Notes under the pieces: model-generated | The model's database searches: none | Seen by the model: the letters and a program-made list of their open reading frames with translations, nothing else | Told to the model about the DNA's origin: nothing | Shown here: piece after piece, positions 33,196-37,020 of the stretch | Layout: each line of letters opens with the position of its first letter | Numbering within the stretch: the first letter of the stretch is position 1 | Virus record (IMG/VR): IMGVR_UViG_3300030376_000305 | Span: 1 to 37,020 of that record | DNA: 37,020 bases | DNA from: a virus | Lineage: Duplodnaviria > Caudoviricetes | Reading direction: 5' to 3' (one strand) | Program-made: the position numbers and the translations under genes

Positions 33196-35095
33196 TGGTA
33201 GTAGCCCTTAACTTACTTTCTTGTAATAATCTATCTGCAACTTTAAGTCTACGTTCAAACTCTTTGTCTTCTGCGTCACCTTCTTTAAGATTACGAGTAA
33301 CAGCTTCAATCCTGTCAATTTCAAGTTCTTGTGGCGCAAGTTGAGCTTCAACAGAAATCTTACCAGCTCGTGCTTGAGACTCAGCAGCCTGTGCATTAAG
33401 AGCATTTGTTTGACTTTGCTGGAACTCCATTTGAGCTTGTTGTGCAGCCATAGCTACTTGTTGTGCTTGAGGGTTAGGTTGATTAGCTTGTTGCATCGCT
33501 GCAATAAGTTCTTCACGGTTAGACAAGTTCATGTTGTCAATAATGCTTTGGATCAACACAGGATACAAAGGACTGTCTTGTTGCATAGTTTGAAGCAACT
33601 GAACTAACTGAGTAACTTCATATTCACGAGCAATAATTCCTAATGTACTAGTAGGAACAAACTTATAATCTGCTACCGGATAGTTTTCAGGATCAAACTG
33701 CATATATCTGTGTGCGGCTTTGGTTACAAAAGGCAGAAGAAAAGATTGCTGAAAGTTAATAAGAGTACGCTTATGACGCTTGATAATAGCGCCGAGAGAC
33801 ATACTGATGCCAGCGGCTGTCGCTTCACCATTAACCTGACCTGCGATCCCAGCAGAGTCCACTGCGCCTGTAGCTTGTTGAACCATTTGCTGAAGAGATG
33901 CTGCTTGTGCAAACGTGATTTGTCCAACTTGTCCAAAATTAAACGGTTGTAGTACTTCACGAGGATCTCCATTAGTTAAGATCATCTTACCGGGGCGAAC
34001 TTCTGGTTTAGCCCCTCTAGGAAGCCGTGTAGCGTCCACAGCAATCATTGGGTGGATAGTTAGGCTCAAGGCATCAATACGCGCGCGAAGCTCTGTATCT
34101 AGCGCTTTCTGGCTGTTATAACCTTTTTCACAAACACCACGACCCCAGAAACGTCCGGGTACAACATCCCACGGAAACGCCACAACAGGACGATCATTCA
34201 TCATGTAAGGATTGGCTTCAGCTTTAAGAAGAGTACCACCATTAGCAATAACAATAATTGCTTCGACATACATAGAATCTTCTTCTACGTCTACACCTTC
34301 TTCTTCTAATAGTTCACGAGGAACAAGTCCGTAATACTTTGTTAACCGTACTTTGTCATCGTTGTAAATAGTAAGGTCTTGATCTGGTTCTAGATCAGTG
34401 TCTGCAGCAGCAGATTCAACAAAACCTTCACGGTATATTCCTTGTTCTTGTAACAGTTCAATATTGTGTTTGCTGACAAACTCATCAATAGCTACACCAT
34501 AAGCGTCATCTACTGAGGTAGCTACAGGATCAATCAAAAAGTTTTGAGGAAGAACTGGTTTTAGTTTTACAATAACACGGTCAGTAATGTTTACTCCGAC
34601 TGCCTGAAGATCGCCGTCCATAATTGGCTGAGTAGCAGGAGCCATTTCTTTTACTTCTTCTAAAACTACTTCACCAACACCAGTACCAAACACTGCTGCG
34701 TTGATAAGACATTCTGCTACTGCTTTACGAACTTTACAGGTTTCAAAGTCTTCAGTTAGTTTTTTACGCAAGTACACCATGTCTTGATTTTGTGAGTCGT
34801 TTATGTCATCTTGAATATCAAAAAACTTACCACGACCAAACGTAGCTTCTTCTAGTTCTGCAACGTTAGACTCTACGGCTTGTTGCAAGGCAGGTGAAAT
34901 AATACGAGAGCGTTCTGAGCCTCGTTGAGAATCGTTTGGGTCCCATTGACCACGCCACAAACGATAGTACTCTTCAAATCTTTCTTCGTAGTTTGATTCG
35001 TAGTAATCACGCCAGTTTTCACACTTCGTCATTACCCACTCTTCCAGAGACTCTTGAATCATCAAGGGGTCTGGATTATAAATTTCATCTGCCAT
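33074..35095 (-). CDS. Portal protein
   Basis: 673 aa after terL; FWGRGVCE, TATGISM-like ATAAGISM, Q-rich C-terminal barrel. Confidence 0.9.
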   Translation of the reverse strand: MADEIYNPDPLMIQESLEEWVMTKCENWRDYYESNYEERFEEYYRLWRGQWDPNDSQRGSERSRIISPALQQAVESNVAELEEATFGRGKFFDIQDDINDSQNQDMVYLRKKLTEDFETCKVRKAVAECLINAAVFGTGVGEVVLEEVKEMAPATQPIMDGDLQAVGVNITDRVIVKLKPVLPQNFLIDPVATSVDDAYGVAIDEFVSKHNIELLQEQGIYREGFVESAAADTDLEPDQDLTIYNDDKVRLTKYYGLVPRELLEEEGVDVEEDSMYVEAIIVIANGGTLLKAEANPYMMNDRPVVAFPWDVVPGRFWGRGVCEKGYNSQKALDTELRARIDALSLTIHPMIAVDATRLPRGAKPEVRPGKMILTNGDPREVLQPFNFGQVGQITFAQAASLQQMVQQATGAVDSAGIAGQVNGEATAAGISMSLGAIIKRHKRTLINFQQSFLLPFVTKAAHRYMQFDPENYPVADYKFVPTSTLGIIAREYEVTQLVQLLQTMQQDSPLYPVLIQSIIDNMNLSNREELIAAMQQANQPNPQAQQVAMAAQQAQMEFQQSQTNALNAQAAESQARAGKISVEAQLAPQELEIDRIEAVTRNLKEGDAEDKEFERRLKVADRLLQESKLRATTNANDTNRNQQPAQTSQRGIQGPAGQDQQFANTIRQLGGES

Positions 35096-35105
35096 GTTGA
35101 GTTCC

Positions 35106-35240
35106 TTAAATTACAGCAACGCTGTAGCCAAGTGTAAAAAACACTACAGCACTGATTGCATATATTCCGTAAGTATTAAAGGGTCGCCAAACTCTTTGTG
35201 AGTTTATATTTTTTGTAAACTCTTTCCAAAACAAACTCAT
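35106..35240 (-). CDS. Small membrane protein (44 aa; not in ORF track)
   Basis: MSLFWKEF...YGIYAISAVVFFTLGYSVAVI*; fills the terL-portal gap exactly. Confidence 0.65.
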   Translation of the reverse strand: MSLFWKEFTKNINSQRVWRPFNTYGIYAISAVVFFTLGYSVAVI

Positions 35241-35241
35241 G

Positions 35242-36492
35242 TTAGTATCCTGCTATAACGTCTAAAATTTCGTGGTCATCTATTTCGTAGTCATAGTCGT
35301 ACGCTACTTGTGCTAACTGATCTATGTACGCTAAGGCGTCAACTAAATCATCGTGTGTTAGTACATCTGGAAACTGAAATAGTTGATCTAGAAATCTAGT
35401 GTTCCACTCTCCTTTACTCAGAGTAACGTACCCGTTTTCAAACCTGCCTTGTAAAGCCCACATAACCCTGTCAGTTTTCTTTCGGTTACCATGAGTAAGT
35501 TCTTCTACTCTAAAAAAAGTACCATACCTTTTCATTAAGTCCGTAAGTGGAGACATTACAGCTTGTTTGGCAATTCCTTTTTCAATACCAACGCTGATGG
35601 GTCTGTAGTCTCTAACGGCCTGAAAAATCTTGGTGGCAGTCTCGTTAAGATCCCACCGCCCATGTATAATGTTATCAACGTACCAGCCATCAGGATTAAC
35701 TTTAACAACAGCGATTGCGGTTTCATCTAGTTTGGTATTCTTTGTTCGTTTTTTGTTTACGTCTTCAAAACCTGCAAGGTCAACTGCTATGTAGTAGTCC
35801 CCTTCTTCTGGAGTTTCACCGAACTGAATCCAACCTTCCTTAAACATTTCTGAACCACGCGCTTCAAATGATGCCATAAACTCTTGACGAAACGCATAAC
35901 TTGACATAGACTTTTTTGCAATGTCGATTTCACTAGGGTCCAGTATTGGGTTGTCATAGCTTGTAAAGTGCCATCCTTTGTAGGTTTCGTCATCCCCTAG
36001 CTCCGCATACTTATACAGTTCGTAGAAATGGTTTCTGCCCATAGGTGTTCCTATAAACAGTGCCTCGCCTTTTTGGTCAGCTAATGCTGGACGGAGAATT
36101 TGCTCCCATACGTCAGGCTTCATGTCTGCGTATTCGTCCATCACAAGAAACTTCAAGGACACACCACGCATTGTCTCAGGTCTATCCGCTCCCTTGAGAC
36201 TAATCGTGGCCCCGTTGACCAGCCTGATCTGCAGGTTGTTAATATGTGATCCTGCAATCACAGGGTGTCCTAGCTCTAAGAGGGTCTGCCACATAATGTC
36301 ACGGGCTTGTCCCTGCGTAGGCGCTACGTAAAACACATGGCCTTTATCAGCCTGTAATCCATTTATAATAAGTAACCAAGCAGCAAGACGAGATTTACCA
36401 GTTCTTCGTCCTGCAGCAACTACTTTGAACCGTGTTGGATCAGAATAAACTTCTTGTTGCCAAGGTAGTAACTGTACGTTTAAGTCAGTCAC
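35242..36492 (-). CDS. terL: Terminase large subunit
   Basis: Walker A AGRRTGKS, YVAPT, Walker B LVMDE, IGTP, nuclease AVDLA...HDDLVDA. Confidence 0.96.
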   Translation of the reverse strand: MTDLNVQLLPWQQEVYSDPTRFKVVAAGRRTGKSRLAAWLLIINGLQADKGHVFYVAPTQGQARDIMWQTLLELGHPVIAGSHINNLQIRLVNGATISLKGADRPETMRGVSLKFLVMDEYADMKPDVWEQILRPALADQKGEALFIGTPMGRNHFYELYKYAELGDDETYKGWHFTSYDNPILDPSEIDIAKKSMSSYAFRQEFMASFEARGSEMFKEGWIQFGETPEEGDYYIAVDLAGFEDVNKKRTKNTKLDETAIAVVKVNPDGWYVDNIIHGRWDLNETATKIFQAVRDYRPISVGIEKGIAKQAVMSPLTDLMKRYGTFFRVEELTHGNRKKTDRVMWALQGRFENGYVTLSKGEWNTRFLDQLFQFPDVLTHDDLVDALAYIDQLAQVAYDYDYEIDDHEILDVIAGY

Positions 36493-36495
36493 AAA

Positions 36496-36837
36496 TTAAT
36501 ACAACCAAGATACAGGAATTGTTCCCCGTGTATCTACATGAATAAAAGTACTAGCGACACCTAAACCCGTAAAACCTAGCTCTAAAGCGTTTTTTATAAT
36601 TGTGTACCGCTCTGATGCATTATTTATTTTTATATCAGCCGCTATGCCTTGCGCGTGGGTTCCGGGTACATCTTTCTTTGCTTCGATAGGGTGGGTTAGA
36701 CTACGGTAGCCACTAGTAATAATAAAAGGAAAATCACAACGATGTCTAAGTTCATCTACCAGCTCCATAAATTCAGGGTCCATCTGGTTTTCACCAGTAT
36801 GTTGACAGTTGAACTCATCTACGGTAAAGTATCTCAA
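36496..36837 (-). CDS. Peptidase M15A-family endolysin
   Basis: ITSGYR, H..G.AADI, FIHVD Zn-binding motifs. Confidence 0.88.
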   Translation of the reverse strand: MRYFTVDEFNCQHTGENQMDPEFMELVDELRHRCDFPFIITSGYRSLTHPIEAKKDVPGTHAQGIAADIKINNASERYTIIKNALELGFTGLGVASTFIHVDTRGTIPVSWLY

Positions 36838-36891
36838 CTGGTTTTAGTCCTTAAATACTCAAAGAGTAAAGCAGATTGATCTTCAGCTTTA

Positions 36892-36921
36892 TCAATCAGC
36901 AAGTTCGCCTTCGATTGTGCT
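36892..36921 (-). CDS. terS: Putative terminase small subunit, 3' end (STIEGELAD*)
   Basis: In frame with 363..1 after removing the 99-bp overlap; TGA at 36894-36892. Confidence 0.7.
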   Translation of the reverse strand, partial: STIEGELAD

Positions 36922-37020
36922 ACTCTCTTCACTGCCATCTGTAATTGTTGTAGTTCCAACGCCAGTGATATTAATCTGGATTGCACTTCGTCCACCATCT
37001 TTAGTCACATCCTTTTCAAA
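36922..37020. repeat. 99-bp end overlap (copy 2)
   Basis: Identical to 1-99. Confidence 0.95.

Noticed and set aside
1-37020. tRNA, integrase, phage RNA polymerase, introns/inteins, alternative genetic code
   Set aside because: None recognised; core genes are intact and of compact length under the standard code

Overview
The window is a complete, circularly assembled genome (36,921 bp; 1-99 repeats at 36922-37020) of a podovirus-like dsDNA phage with two convergent arms, as in SIO1/cobavirus-like phages. The + arm carries small early genes and a T7-like replication module (primase-helicase, Tyr762-type PolA, SSB, exonuclease, endonuclease, phosphoesterase, DUF3310, class II RNR). No RNA polymerase, integrase or CI-type repressor was recognised. 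The - arm carries TerS (split across the window ends), an M15 peptidase, TerL, portal, five tiny basic proteins, scaffold, major capsid, tail fibres, holins, adaptor/nozzle and ejection proteins. Transcription appears to use host sigma70 promoters. The most striking part is the non-coding region between the diverging arm starts (364-1036 and 1574-1835). It holds two tandem Fur-box-like sites, a canonical gamma/betaproteobacterial LexA box, an exactly duplicated 23-bp palindromic operator and a duplicated strand-specific hairpin module. These suggest an apparently lytic phage that reads or titrates host iron and SOS regulators. Several real-looking small or overprinted ORFs are absent from the supplied track. 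All calls are from motif recognition by eye, without database searches.
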